64,000 nt of DNA, taken from contig CM000153.2 in NCBI GenBank assembly GCA_000004695.1, positions 2,688,001 through 2,752,000 of the forward strand, given 5' to 3'. This document shows, piece by piece, positions 14,058 to 27,000 of the stretch (the first letter of the stretch is position 1; each line of letters begins with the position of its first letter). The translations under genes were made by a program, and so were the position numbers. Source of the DNA: Dictyostelium discoideum. Its lineage: Eukaryota. The notes under the pieces are model-generated. The model did no database searches and was not told the origin of the DNA. It saw nothing but the letters and a program-made list of their open reading frames with translations.

Positions 14058-14424
14058 CAATTATGGTACCACATATTAATAGTTTTGAACAATTTTAATT
14101 TTTTTTGAAAAAAAAAAAAAAGTTGGAGAAATTGATAATTCAGTTGTTAAACAATTTGAATCAAAATGTAAAGGTGTTGAATCATCTATTATTCCATTCG
14201 TTCATGCTGGTCAAATTTCAGGTGTAGTTTTCAATTCATCAGGTGTTGGTAAACTTTTACCAAATGTTGAAGCTAAAATCGTCGATAGCAATGGTAAAGA
14301 GTTAGATTTCGATAATAAAGGTTCATTAATGACTAAAGGTTTCCATGTTGGTTCCAATCCAGCTCATTGGTTAAAAACTAACATCAAAGCTTCAATGTCA
14401 AAAGATGGTACCATTAAATTATAA
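12406..14424 (+). CDS. Degenerate AMP-binding (acyl-CoA synthetase / 4-coumarate-CoA-ligase-like) family protein. It is truncated before the C-terminal subdomain and may be a pseudoenzyme, with an N-terminal presequence-like segment. 6 exons.
   Basis: Manual model: join(12406..12434,12529..12697,12834..13107,13303..13614,~13789..13977,14123..14424). The donors are GTAAGG, GTAAGT, GTATGT, GTAAGT and GTATGT. The N-terminus MLSKSNNIRKVFARGFTTYVQP looks like a mitochondrial presequence. The protein carries the family blocks ..KIVDSNGKELDFDNKGSLMTKGFHVGSNPAHWLKTN..DGTIKL* (compare canonical ..KIVD.dGkel..ge.GEl.vrGp.vm.GY..). Its P-loop-equivalent is FSTGASQQPG rather than the canonical (S/T)SGTTGxPKG. 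The reading frame terminates before the A8-A10 motifs and the catalytic lysine. The first base of the exon-5 acceptor is uncertain (13789 or 13794). Confidence 0.5.
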
Positions 14425-14431
14425 ATCTTAA

Positions 14432-14479
<48 letters not shown>

Positions 14480-14977
14480 TTTTTAAAAAAAAACCAATAT
14501 ACATCTCTAAACAAAATTAAAAAAAAAAAAAAAGATAAAAAATAAAAAATGTTATAAATAAATTAAATCTTTTTTTTTTTTTTATTTAAATAATTTTTAT
14601 TAATCCCAAATAAAGGTTAAAATAAAAATAGAAAAAGATTTGGATATGCAATTACAGTTTTTTTTGGATATTTTAATAAAATTTGAAATTTTTAAATGAG
14701 TTGGAAATTGGTGTTTTTGGAGGAGGTTTATGGTTTTTGATAAGGTTTTGAGAATTAATTGAAAATGGAGGTGGGCTTTGAGATCTAATACAATTTGGTA
14801 TTGAGTTATAATTGTTTTTGAATATTGGGTATTGTTTTTTATAAAATTGGGTTTACCAAACCTTTTATTGTTGTTGTTGTTGTTGTTGTTGTTGGATTTT
14901 ATTTAATTATTTCTCACATTCCATTCTCTCTAATTTTCTTTTTAATTCTTCTATTTCATTTTTTTTTATTTTCACTT

Positions 14978-15894
14978 TTAATTGTTTCTTCTTTCTATCT
15001 TTAATATTTGTTTTTCTATATGTCTCACCCAATCAAGTTTTTCTCTTTTTGCTTTTTCAAGTTGTCTTTCTCTTTCTTCATTTTGTTCAATTGGCAGTGT
15101 TTCTATTTTCTTTCTTTCAATTTCTTGTTTTTGATTTTCATGTTTCAATTTTTCTCTTTCAATCATCTCTTTTTCAATTATTTTATTTTCTGATTCAATT
15201 ACATAGGTTTGTTCAGTTCTTTTTTCATTTGCTATTTTTTCCAGTTTTTCTTTTTCTCTTTCACTTTTATCTTTTCCATTTTGTTTAATTTGATATAGCT
15301 TTCTATTATTTTGGATTTCAATTTGTTTAATTTGATTTAAAAGTTTATCATTTTCTAATTTTTTAATTTCAATTTCATTTTCAAATTTTTTAAATGGTAA
15401 AAGTTCATCTTTTTCCATTTTTTGTTTTAAATATTCAATTTGCTTTTTTTCAATTTCCAATTGATTTTTGAGGATTTGGTTTGTTAATTTTTCATTTTCA
15501 CAATCTTGTATTAATTTATTTATTTTATCTAAATAATGGTGTTTTATTTCTTTAATTTCTTTTTTATTTCTTATCTTTTCATTTTTCAATTGACTTTGAA
15601 TTTCTATTTCTTTTGAGTCATGATAATTTTCATTATCACTTACATAGAAACTAAATCTTGATTGATTTTTTGCTGACGGATGAAATAAGGACCCATCTGA
15701 TCTTTTTAAATTAATATTACACCCTCCGTTGTAAGAAACAAATTCAAATTTTTCTCTAGTTTTATTATCATAAACTATTTGTGGTCTAATAAATTATTAT
15801 AAATTAATAAAAATATATTTACTGTTAAATTTTTTTTTTTTTTTTCTTACATTTCATTATTTCTTGATGAACTATCAAAATTTATTTTTCTCAT
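14978..15894 (-). CDS. K/E-rich coiled-coil protein of unknown function, 2 exons.
   Basis: complement(join(14978..15785,15851..15894)), with a GTAAG donor at 15850 and a ..TTATTAG acceptor. It extends track ORF 14978..15589 upstream in frame (MRKINFDSSSRNNE|IPQIVYDNKTREKFEFVSYNGGCNINLKRSDGSLFHPSAKNQSRFSFYVSDNENYHDSKEIEIQSQLKNEKIRNKK...). The C-terminal 200 aa are a heptad-like EK-rich coiled coil. Confidence 0.45.
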
Positions 15895-15915
15895 TTTAAA
15901 ATTTTGAATAATAAT

Positions 15916-15975
<60 letters not shown>

Positions 15976-16192
15976 GTAATAATAATAATAATAAAAATAA
16001 TTTTATAAAATAATATTTAATAAAAAAAAAAAAAATAAAAAAAAAAAATAAAAAAAGGAATAAAAAAATAAAAAAACAATAATAAAAATAATAATAACAT
16101 AATAATGTATTTTTGATTGTGGGTGTGGGTTGTGAGTTGTGGGTGGTAATTAGAAAATGAATTTCACAAATTTTTTTTATTTATTTTTAGCC

Positions 16193-16210
16193 CCACCAAC
16201 TAGTTGGTGG
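16193..16210. repeat. Perfect 18-bp palindrome CCACCAACTAGTTGGTGG in the 3' flank or UTR of the minus-strand 848-aa gene.
   Basis: It is self-complementary by inspection. It lies about 35 nt beyond the stop of the gene at 16245 and is preceded by G/T-rich (TTGTGGGTG)-like repeats at 16115-16150. Confidence 0.6.
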
Positions 16211-16244
16211 TTAATTATAATTATAATGTTTTTTTTTATACAAA

Positions 16245-18791
16245 TTAACTATTTGGTTTATAAAGTTTAAAATAATTTAATAAAAAAACATTATTTAAAG
16301 TGACAGATGAACTGTTTAAAAGGAAAGATTGATAATTTGTAATTTTTGGTAATGTTTTAAAGAATGGATTTTTGAAAAATTCTAAAACCAAATCAATATG
16401 ACCCATTTGCACAGAGGTGAAAAAAATGGTATTAGAAGTAACATCACGAGAATCATTTCTTTCTCTAAATAAATTATAAATCATTGTTTGGTAATTTGAT
16501 TGTAAATGTTTAAAAACATTTAGTTGACCATAAATACTAATAAATTTTAAAAGGTAAAAAGGTAAATGTCGACTCATTTTACCTTCATCAAATGATTTTA
16601 TAATTAAATCAGCAAACCACAAATTACCATATAAACCAATTTCTAAACTTGTGATTAAATAAAAATCATTGAAATCTTTTGATGAGCCTAAAAATTGGGG
16701 TAATGAAATATGATCAATTCCATTGGTTTGTTTTAATCTAAGATAATTGAAAAGAATATTATACTTTGGATTCATTATATTACATCTTCCACTTTCAATA
16801 TCAAAAGGTCTGTGATTGAAAATGTATGAGAAAATTCCAACAGAATCCCATTGATTATAATTATTATATAGATAGTTTACATTTGAAGGAGTACGCTCAA
16901 GTATATATTTAAAATCATTTAAATTAGTGAATTGATAACCATGAGTACTTGGAGTAAAATGCCAAATATTCATTGAATCATAATCGAAATCATCGATATT
17001 ATCATAGATGAATTTAATAACATCCATTGAAATTTCTGAATAATTTCCTTTATGAACCAAATCTTTAATACTAACATAGTAGATATTTGGTTGTAATAAT
17101 TTCAAATGTTTCAATAGTTCAGATTTACCATCTTGAATTAATGTATTAACCAATGAAAAATTTACATTATTACCTCTTGTACAAATTATTGAATAGATTG
17201 TTTTATTCTTAATAATTAAATCAATCATTTCAGTTGAATTTATAGATCTATAAATTCTACCAATGGAAAGTGGTTCATTTGTAAATTTAAATTCAATATT
17301 TGAATCTATTAGCAAAAGTTTAACCAATTCTAAATCATTTACAAATATTAAATTTAATAAAATTTGATTAATTGAATTTTCTATTAAACTTGTTGATTTT
17401 TGTAATTTTTTAACATCACTTATTAAATCTTTAATAAATTGAATTTGTTTTGATCTTTCATTTTTACAATAATAAAAAATTGGAAGTTTACCAAACATTT
17501 TTAAACCTTCATTTTTGATTTTATTAAAATCATAAACACCAAATAAACATGGATGAAATTTTGAACTTAAATCTAATTCTTCACCATAATAAGATTCATA
17601 TTTAATTTTATAAAATAAAAAACTATCATTAAAATATGATGATTTAAATTCTACAAATGGTAAAATAAATTGATAAAATCTTTTAACCAAAGAATTAATA
17701 TTATTATCATTTGATGAATTGAATTCAAGTACCAATGTATTTAATTGTTCTTTTGTAAATGATTTTGTTAATATATTAATTTCATCAAGTGAATTAAATA
17801 AATTAATTTTATCATTAAATAGTTCATTTATATCTTTTTCATATTTAATTATTTTTAATTTATTATCACTTTTAATTTTATCAGTTGAATGAAATTTATT
17901 ATATTTAAAAGATTTTTTAGAGATTGAATCTGTATATGGTTTTAAAAATTCTTTTAAATGAATAATTGATTTTACAGATTCAATTAATACTGATAAAGTT
18001 TGATCATAAACTAATATATCAAATAAATGATATGGTTTACATTGAAATTGAAATTTTTGTTTATAAATTGCTTCACTTAATGGTACATTTAAATTACATT
18101 GATTTAAAAGAAAATTTAATCTTTCATTTAACAAAAAACCATTTTTATTTAAAATATTGGTGTTATTATTATTTGATGAAAATAAAACCATACTCCAAAT
18201 TTTATATAACGATGCTGGCTTTTCAAGTGCTCCCGATCTCTTTAAAACTTGGAAAATAAATAAAGCACAATCATATGACCCAATTTCAATGGATCTATAA
18301 AGTGAATCCAATGAAAAACAATGATTATGACATGTAACTAATGCCTCCAAACATTGGACATTATCATATTCAATTGAAATATATTCACATTGAATTATAT
18401 TACCATTATCTATGAAATATTTTGAATAGTTTTTAAATAGGTGATAATAAAAGTTTGAAGAATTCCATTGAGCTTTAGTTGAAATTTGTTTATTAAAAAT
18501 TGAAAATTTATTCACTACAATCATTCGACCATTATCATATTGTCTTCTTAATTTATTTCTAAAAATTGTATCACTTGAGTTTGAAAAATCCAAATATTCT
18601 CCTCTTTGAATTTTATCTTTTAATAATTCATAATATTCAAATTGCACACACCATTCACATGATATAATATCTTCATATTTGTAAAATCCTAAAAATATAT
18701 CTCGATTTCTTAGAAATTTAAAAATATTTTGTTTTAAAAATATATTTCTAAAAATCTTAAAAAATAATTTATCATTTATATTATTTTCCAT
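16245..18791 (-). CDS. Large hypothetical protein (848 aa). It is I/N/K/F-rich but not low-complexity, and no domain is recognisable by eye.
   Basis: A single uninterrupted ORF, cysteine-containing with complex composition (e.g. CEWCVQFEYYELLKDKIQRGEY, HNHCFSLDSLYRSIEIGSYDCALFIFQVL). The N-terminal LFFKIFRNIFLKQNIFKFLRNRDIF resembles the N-terminal motif of an expanded dictyostelid hypothetical-protein family. Its function is unknown. Confidence 0.5.
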   Translation of the reverse strand: MENNINDKLFFKIFRNIFLKQNIFKFLRNRDIFLGFYKYEDIISCEWCVQFEYYELLKDKIQRGEYLDFSNSSDTIFRNKLRRQYDNGRMIVVNKFSIFNKQISTKAQWNSSNFYYHLFKNYSKYFIDNGNIIQCEYISIEYDNVQCLEALVTCHNHCFSLDSLYRSIEIGSYDCALFIFQVLKRSGALEKPASLYKIWSMVLFSSNNNNTNILNKNGFLLNERLNFLLNQCNLNVPLSEAIYKQKFQFQCKPYHLFDILVYDQTLSVLIESVKSIIHLKEFLKPYTDSISKKSFKYNKFHSTDKIKSDNKLKIIKYEKDINELFNDKINLFNSLDEINILTKSFTKEQLNTLVLEFNSSNDNNINSLVKRFYQFILPFVEFKSSYFNDSFLFYKIKYESYYGEELDLSSKFHPCLFGVYDFNKIKNEGLKMFGKLPIFYYCKNERSKQIQFIKDLISDVKKLQKSTSLIENSINQILLNLIFVNDLELVKLLLIDSNIEFKFTNEPLSIGRIYRSINSTEMIDLIIKNKTIYSIICTRGNNVNFSLVNTLIQDGKSELLKHLKLLQPNIYYVSIKDLVHKGNYSEISMDVIKFIYDNIDDFDYDSMNIWHFTPSTHGYQFTNLNDFKYILERTPSNVNYLYNNYNQWDSVGIFSYIFNHRPFDIESGRCNIMNPKYNILFNYLRLKQTNGIDHISLPQFLGSSKDFNDFYLITSLEIGLYGNLWFADLIIKSFDEGKMSRHLPFYLLKFISIYGQLNVFKHLQSNYQTMIYNLFRERNDSRDVTSNTIFFTSVQMGHIDLVLEFFKNPFFKTLPKITNYQSFLLNSSSVTLNNVFLLNYFKLYKPNS

Positions 18792-19151
18792 TTTTTATTG
18801 TTTTGATTAAAAAAAATAAAAAAAAACCAAAAAAAATTAAAACAAAAAAAAAAAAAAGATATGTGAAAAAAAAAAAAAATATAAAAATAAAAAAAAAATC
18901 ATTTCAAAGAATAAAATATTTTGAAAAAAAAATTTAATAATTAAATTATTTGAATTAATACATATGCAATATCTTGTTTGTTTTTAGTTTTTTTTTTTTT
19001 TTCAAAGATTTATTTTATTTGTATAATTTATTTTATTTGTTGAATTTTTTTTTAAAAAAAAAGTTATGTATTTTTAAAATTATTTTTTTTTATTTTTTAT
19101 TTTATTTTTTTTTTTTTATTTTTTATTTTATTTTATTTTTTTAATATATAT

Positions 19152-20944
19152 CTATACAAAACCAAAACCTTCTGAAGCTTCACCAATTGCAATTTTTAAT
19201 AATTTTTTCAATTGTTCTTGAGATTCATATTCTGGTATATCCAATTGATTGAAACATGTGTGAGCGGTTGGTAATCTGTGAGCATTACCTCTGATTCTAT
19301 GAATTTGGAATTTTTGAGGGCCTCCCATACCACCTAAAGCTTTGAAACCTTCCAAAGGTACTTTACTTGTACCAGTGACAAATTGTAAGAGTGAAGCTTT
19401 TTCTTCATTTGAAAAGTTTGAAACAGTATTCCAGAACCAAAGGATTTGTTGAGAATCGGAAGAGTAACCACTATATTCAGTGTTTGCACGAAGATCATCG
19501 ATATCAATCTCTGGAAGACCACTGATCAATAATTCCAACTCCATTTCATTGAAAATACCAATCAATGATTTTGGAATGAGTTCGTGGAAACCTTCTAAGA
19601 AGCTATTGATTTGATCCTTGATTGAGTTTGTCATTCTAACGGAAGCAACCAAACGAACATATTCTAATTTATTATCTTCAGTGACAGGAATGTTTGCACC
19701 ATTTGGTTTCAATTCGATAACTTTCATGGAATCGAAAATATCGATCTCTGTACTAAATGTGAGTTCCATGACATTGGTGATATCATTATCAAGAATCCAT
19801 AAAAGATTCTTATGATAAGTTGGGTCAATTGCCTCCATATCGCTAACATTGATTGTGAGACCCAACATATGTTTATAGAAACTTCTAGTGAAGAAAGCAT
19901 CCAGCATCAAACCATCATACAATGCCTTACCAATGATTCTTCCAATGAATTTAAAGTAAGATAAATGATCTGGATTGATGTAAGATTCTGGATTTGGTTG
20001 GAAAGTTACATTATCAGAGGCAGATTGTTTAAAGAGAGCATAACCAGGATTAAACATCTCTCTTGATAAAACGAGATACCATTCACGTAATAAACCACCA
20101 GCATCAAGACCTTCTTCACCAGAGAATTGAATATTGAGTTTACCTTTGAGTTCTTCGGCTGGACGCATTCTAAGTTGATTGTAACTGTCCTCAAATATAT
20201 GATTTCTACGAACTTTTAGACGAATTGTACTTGATCTCTCTTTCTTTGATTGGAAGTAGTTTCTAAAGTAAGTTCTCTTATTATCAAAATCTAAGAATCT
20301 AGGAGTTTTAATTAATACTGCTAATGATTCCGATAACAATGAATTATCTTGACGAACGAGATCATTGATCAAATGTTTATTTTGTTCTACAAATTCAAAG
20401 AATCTACTTGTATTATAATCCATTATTGGTGGAGTTCCTGCCAAATTACCATTGCTAGTACTTGCAGACAAACCATTACCAACTGATGAACTAAGTTTTA
20501 ATCCTGCAAGACTTGGTGATGATGGAATCATAGTGGATGATAACATCTCAGAGGTTGGAGAATTTACAAGGAAATAAATTTCAACCAATGGTAATAATAA
20601 TGAATTCATTGGATTGGATCCTGCTTTCTTTTTGCTTGTAAGTTTAAGTTTGGTTATTGGTTCTTTTTCTTCCTTTTCTAAACTAAACAATGTAAGGAAT
20701 GATTTAATTGATCCCCAAAGTATATCTAATTCATGATTATTTGAAAAGTATTCTCCTAATGTCATTGATGGTTGTTCTTTCTTTGTGTTTGTTGTAGTTG
20801 TTGTAGTGGTGGTGGTTGGTGTAGTATTTGAAGTTGATGGTGTTGTAGTACTTGGTGTAGTTTCTGTAGTTGCACTTTCTGTTATAGGTGTAGTTGTAGA
20901 AGCTGCAGGTGAAGTGATTGAGTTAGCAGCTGTAGAAGATGGAG

Positions 20945-21019
<75 letters not shown>

Positions 21020-24000
21020 CAATAATTGGATCAGGTTTCTTTGGATTTAAAATTGATTGAATAGTTTGTAAAACTCTTAAGAAATTATTTTCTTTTGTTG
21101 AAGAAGGAAGATAGTTTTGAGGTGATACATCAGTATCATTAAAGATCTGTTTCATTGATTCCAAATTGTTAATTACATCTTTTGTTAATCTTTTAGCATT
21201 TGTATTTAATTGATCCAAGATGATTTGTCTATTTTCATCACAACTAACGGCAATGGTAACCAACAAACTACCAATCTTTGGATTACCAGCTAACAATGTA
21301 TTGATTAAACTTTCTACTTGTTGGCTTGGAATGAGTGGAATCTTTGGTTTTTCAGTGCTTGTAGAATCGACAATCAACAAGAGAATTGAGATCAATCTTT
21401 CAAGGAGTAAAGATTTTGAAAAGATGTTTTTATCATTCAATGCATCACATAATTTCCAAAGTGGACAGGCCTTTTCGAGGGATGGACTTGTTGAACCAGA
21501 TCCATCATCTTTCTCTTTTCCATGACTATTTTGTGATTGAGTGGAAGGTACGATTGGTTGAGGAGTTAACATCCAATTGACGGTTAAACTATTACCTGTG
21601 GTTAAACTTTGAAGAATATCCAATAATCTCTTAACGACCAATAATGGTGGATGATTTGTCACTTCGAATGATCTAAACATACGGAATCTCATTAATGGGT
21701 GACATGGATCAGTGATTGGTGAGAATTTATCAGATTCAGCGGTTTTTCTTTGGGGTTGTTGAGAAACAATTGATTGGTAACCGGTTAAAATTTGAAGGAT
21801 ATAACATAACAACTCTTCACGATTATCAGAAAATGTGCAAATTTGAACGAGAATACTATTTAATTGTTGTCTATTGATGGATTGATCAAAGTGTAGGATT
21901 TTAATGAGTGCTAATAAATTCTCTTTTTTAACCAAACTACCAGCTTGATTGACTTTCTTTGGTTTTGCAACCTCTTTGAGGATTCTACGTGGTGATGGAA
22001 TACGATTGAAACTATCAGGGATACTTGATCTAAACTCAAATCTTGGTGGATGTGTTTCACGTAATCTTACTGCTTCTGCGTGAAGTTCTGGTGGTAAGGT
22101 TTGAAGGAATGCTTCTGGTTGACTCATTAAAACCTCCTCTCTAAGATCTGGTGGAAGTGTTGCAAGGAAAGATGCATTATCCATATCTTGAACCAAATCT
22201 GTTGGATTGACTGATACTCTTGCTACATTTCTAGCTGCTTGTGATGCCCTACGTTCAGAGATAATTCTTTCTTGTTCTAAAACTTCGTTTTGAATCTCCA
22301 ATGGTAAAGCGCTTAAAAACTCTGGATTGATTGTAATTGGACCATCACCAGTGTTTGATTGGTGAATTGATGTCAATTGAGTTGACAATACCTCTGCTCT
22401 TAATTCTGCTGGTAATGCTGCTAAAAATGTTGGATCAATACCTAAATCAACATTAATTGGTGCTGGTGGAGCTTGGGTTGTTGGTGGATTAGTTGATGTG
22501 GTAGTAGTGGTGGTGGAGGAGGTGGTTGTTGAACTTGTAGTTGTTGAACTTGATGCTTCAGATTCAACTGTTGGTGATGTAGTTGTTGTTGTAGTTGCTG
22601 GTGGTGGGGTGGTTGTAGTTGTAGTAGTTGGTGGTAAATTTGTAGTTTCGGTGATTGATGAAGTTGATGTACCAGATTCTTCAAGTGGTGCATTTTCATT
22701 ATTATTAGTGGTAGTAGTTGACTCATTAGTTGACTCACTAGTTGATTCATTAGAAGTAGTAGTAGTAGTTGACTCATTAGTTGACTTATTAGTTGATTCA
22801 TTAGAAGTAGTAGTTGGTAGTGGTGTATTTACTTCTGTAGAACTTTGTTGAATTGGTGGACTTGTAACTAAAGGTTCAATAGTGAGTGGTTCGATTGGTA
22901 ATGGATCATTTACTGCTGCTGTAATTGTAGGAGAGTTTGTAACAGTCTTTGGAGTTGTTGGTGTAGAAGTAGTTGAAACATCATTTGTTGTTGGTGAAGT
23001 GGTAGTTGTTGCTGCTATTGAATCTGTTATTGAATCTATTTTTGTCTCTGTTGTAGTTATTTCAACTTTTTCAGCTCTTTCTTTTTCTTCCTTTTCTTTT
23101 TGTTGTCTCTTTAATTCTTTTAATTTTTCTTTTTCAGCTTTTTCTTTTGCTCTCAACTCTTCTTTTAATTTCTCTTTTTCAGCTTTTTCTTTTGCTTTTT
23201 GAGCTGCTTCTTCCTCTTTGGTGATTGTAGTTAAAATTTTAATGAGTATTAATTCAAATGATTGAGCATAGGCGACTGATTCATCAGTGTCATTCTTTAA
23301 ACGATTGAAATCAAAGGAGTAAAGATTTCCATCTCTACCAAGTCTCAATCTTGCATTGGAACGAAGATCGAAATTCATTATCATTTGTTCAAATCTTTCC
23401 AAGTTTCTTGTCAATTGACCTGGATCGGATCTAATAAGATCCTCGATACGACCTTCATTTTGACCAAGAGCAACGAGAATATTTGAAAGATTTCTTTCAA
23501 CATTTTCACCTATCCAATTTCTAAGATTTGCATCTGAACCACCTTGTGGCATAGCAAGACGACGATCTCCACCCAAGAAGGCTTGTTCCATCATTGGATT
23601 GAAATTTTGATGAGCACCACGGAAATGATTGATGAGGTGGTGTTGTTGTTGTTGATGGTGTTGTTGTTGTTGAGGGTGGTGATGATGATTTTGATGTTGA
23701 ATATGATTAATGTGATCGATTTGAGCGAATTGTCTTCCTCTTTGTAGATTATCTTCATTGTTACTATCATCATCCTCTTCATCATCATCGTCATCATCAT
23801 CGTCATCGTCATCATCATCATCGACATCATTTTGATCATCTTCAGAGGATGATGAACTTCCATCACTATCATTGGTATTTTCAACTTCCTCTTCTTCGTC
23901 ATCAGAATCTTGTTCATCATTGATGATTGCATCATCAATTTGACCATCCATACCATTTTCAATAACCATTTCAATGTCTTCACCATCTTCACCATCACTA

Positions 24001-27000
24001 TCGTCCTCATCGTCATCATCTTCATCATCGTCTTCGTCATCTTCATCCATTTCAATGACTTCATCTTCACTATCGGAACTGAAATCTAATCTACGAGAAC
24101 CAACACCAATTGAATTGGAGTGATGCATATCATTTTCAAATTCTGAATCGAATTCAATTGTTCCAGGTGGACCACCACCATTGAAAGAGGTGGCATTTGT
24201 TTGGAAATCTCTGGTGGCTCTAAAGAAACCATCATATGCTTGATATGGAAGTTGGAACATATTGGTTCTGGTGGAATCTTCCTCTGTGGTTGGTTTTGGA
24301 AGTGAAGAGAATTTTGTGAGGTGTCCAATAGTTTGTAATAATGAATTGATCATTTGTGATGCACGTGAACTACCAACGTCAACAAGATTTAATAACTCCA
24401 ATAAAATATTGATCATATCGTTATTGATCATAAGTTGATTGAATTCGCTTGAGAGTGAATGTGGTGGGAAATTCAATAATAATGAAACCAAATTACTAAT
24501 GGATACCATCTTATTGTATGGTATCTTTTTGTTGGCCACATTTTGTGATGAATATTCAGCGATTGATAATTTCAAATGTTCAGCGATCGCAGAGAAAACT
24601 TTTTCACGACCATCTTCGGTTGAACACAAAGAAACCAAGAATCTTGAAGCAGCTTGATGAGTTGCATTAAATAATTCACCACTTGCTTTCTCTTCAGCAG
24701 TCAATGAGGTACATGGTAAGAAATGTTCAAAAACGTATTGAACCAAATTAACACCTTGATAATTTAAAATGGTTTGTTGGAACAATGGGTATTGAATTAA
24801 TAATTCCTCTAACAACCTCAATATATTTGCTTTGCTCAAGATATTTGATGTTTTATCTTGAAGTTGTTGATCGGCTGCCAATGCTGCTGCTACACTTGTT
24901 ATACTTTTCAAAGATGAAGATTTTCTTAATTCTTTTGATAATTGTGCTGGTGTTGGTGTATTATTGGTGGTGTTGGTGTTGGTGTTGGTGTTGGTGTTGG
25001 TGTTGGTGTTGGTGTTGGTGTTGGTGTTGGTGTTGGTGTTGGTGTTGGTGTTGGTGTTGGTAGTAGTAGATATAGATGAAGTTGTTGAAATTGGTGTTTC
25101 ATCTTTAATTAATAATGATTTAATTAAAAAGTTTGAGAGTTGTTGGAAATGTGGAAAATCTTTTAATTCACAAGAACTAACATTCTTTTCAAAGATTTCA
25201 TTTGCTTGTGCAGACAAATAGACAGAGTTTGAATTGGTATGAATACGACAAATTTCTGAACAAGCCTTTAAAAAAGTGATTGGATTCTTTGAAACATCTT
25301 TAGAGAGTAAACCCAATAAAGTTTTAGTTGGAATACCTTTTGAAACACCCTTATTATTAATTGTATGACGAATATTTGATTGCATAGTGTTGTAAACGGT
25401 TTTATTATCATCCAAAAGCTGTTTGAAAATATTGATCACATAGATTGTATTCTCTTTTAACATTGAAGACTTGGTATTTTTGGCTTGTAAGAGAAGCATA
25501 CCTTGATTCTTCATAAAATAGTTTGCAATAGCATAGTTTTTAGTGAGTTCAGAGATTAATTTCAATAATGATCCATCGATTATACTTGGTGAAGGTTTCA
25601 ATAATCCTAAACAAATATCAATCAATGTAGTGTCTGTTGGTGAACATCTATCTTGTTCTTCCTCTTGTTGTTTTTGTAGTTTCTTTTCTTCTGCCTCAAA
25701 ATCAAAGTTATTGGTTGGTTTAATCAATTGTTTCTTTGAAAGGTCATATGTAATCGATAATAATCCATTCAAATAAATTAAAATTGATTCAGATGTTGTA
25801 GTTGGTGATTTAGGTCGTTTTGATGGTGTTGTTGAAGTTGATATTTTATCATCATTGGTGGATGTAGTAGTGGTGGTGGTGGTGGTAGTTGAAGAATCTA
25901 AAGGAGTAACAGAAATTTGAATTGAATCATCATTTCTAACCAAATGATCTTTTAATAAATTTGAAATGACTTTAATGACCAAAGCTAATAAACCTTTTTC
26001 AACAAATAAACCACTAATTTCTGGTGATTCATTTAATTTTTGAATTATAAAGAATAAACTTTTTGTTTTAAATGAAAAGAATTTAAGTTTTTCTTCGACC
26101 AAATGAGTTTGGACCTCTTGGATCAAACGATTTGCAATGATTTCTTTTGTTTCGCTAATGTTACCATCCTTTATAATAAAGTGAAACATTTTGAAAATAG
26201 AATCCAATTCATTTGAAGAATGACCTTTTACATTTAATAAAATGGAGAGAGTACGATCAAATAAGGTTGGACGTAAACCATTGAGTAGTGAAGTAATTGA
26301 ATTTTGTTTTTCTTTTTCTGCTTTTTCCTTTTCTAATCTCTCTTTTTCTGCCTTTTCTGCTTTTTCTGCTTTTTCTTTGGCTTTCTTTTCTTCATCCTCT
26401 GGAATGTATGGATTACTTAACATCCAATCGGTAATATTATCAACATTATTTGATTGTAATGATTGCATGGCAGTTTCAATATGTTCTCTAATAAAACCCA
26501 TATCCATGAGGGTATTTATAGAGTTTTCATTTGGAACAAAGGTTGGTCTAGAAGGTGGAGATTGAATAGATGATTTTTTAGATGGATCTTGTTGTTGTTG
26601 TGTTTGTTGTTGAGCAACACCATCATATTTGAGGAAAACATCATGTACACAATCTAATAAATTCTTGGCATAAGGAAGATCTGAAAGTTGAGGATGGTTC
26701 CAATAGTTTTGTAAATTGAATACCAAATTTGGAATAATCTTTTCAGAGATTGATTTCAATGATGGCAATGTTCCACCGTTCATACTCTTACTTGAGGTTA
26801 ATTGAAAAATGGCTTGACGTAAGAGTGAACCACATTGAGTTAAAGGTTGTGAATATTTGAAAGCATCTAAATTTCCATTGGGTATGCATTCAATATAACG
26901 ATCAGTTAAATCGGACAATATACCAAAGAATGTATCAAAATAACCAACATCATATAAACCATTGATTAATTGAGGGAACAATAATGTAGAATTATTTGTT

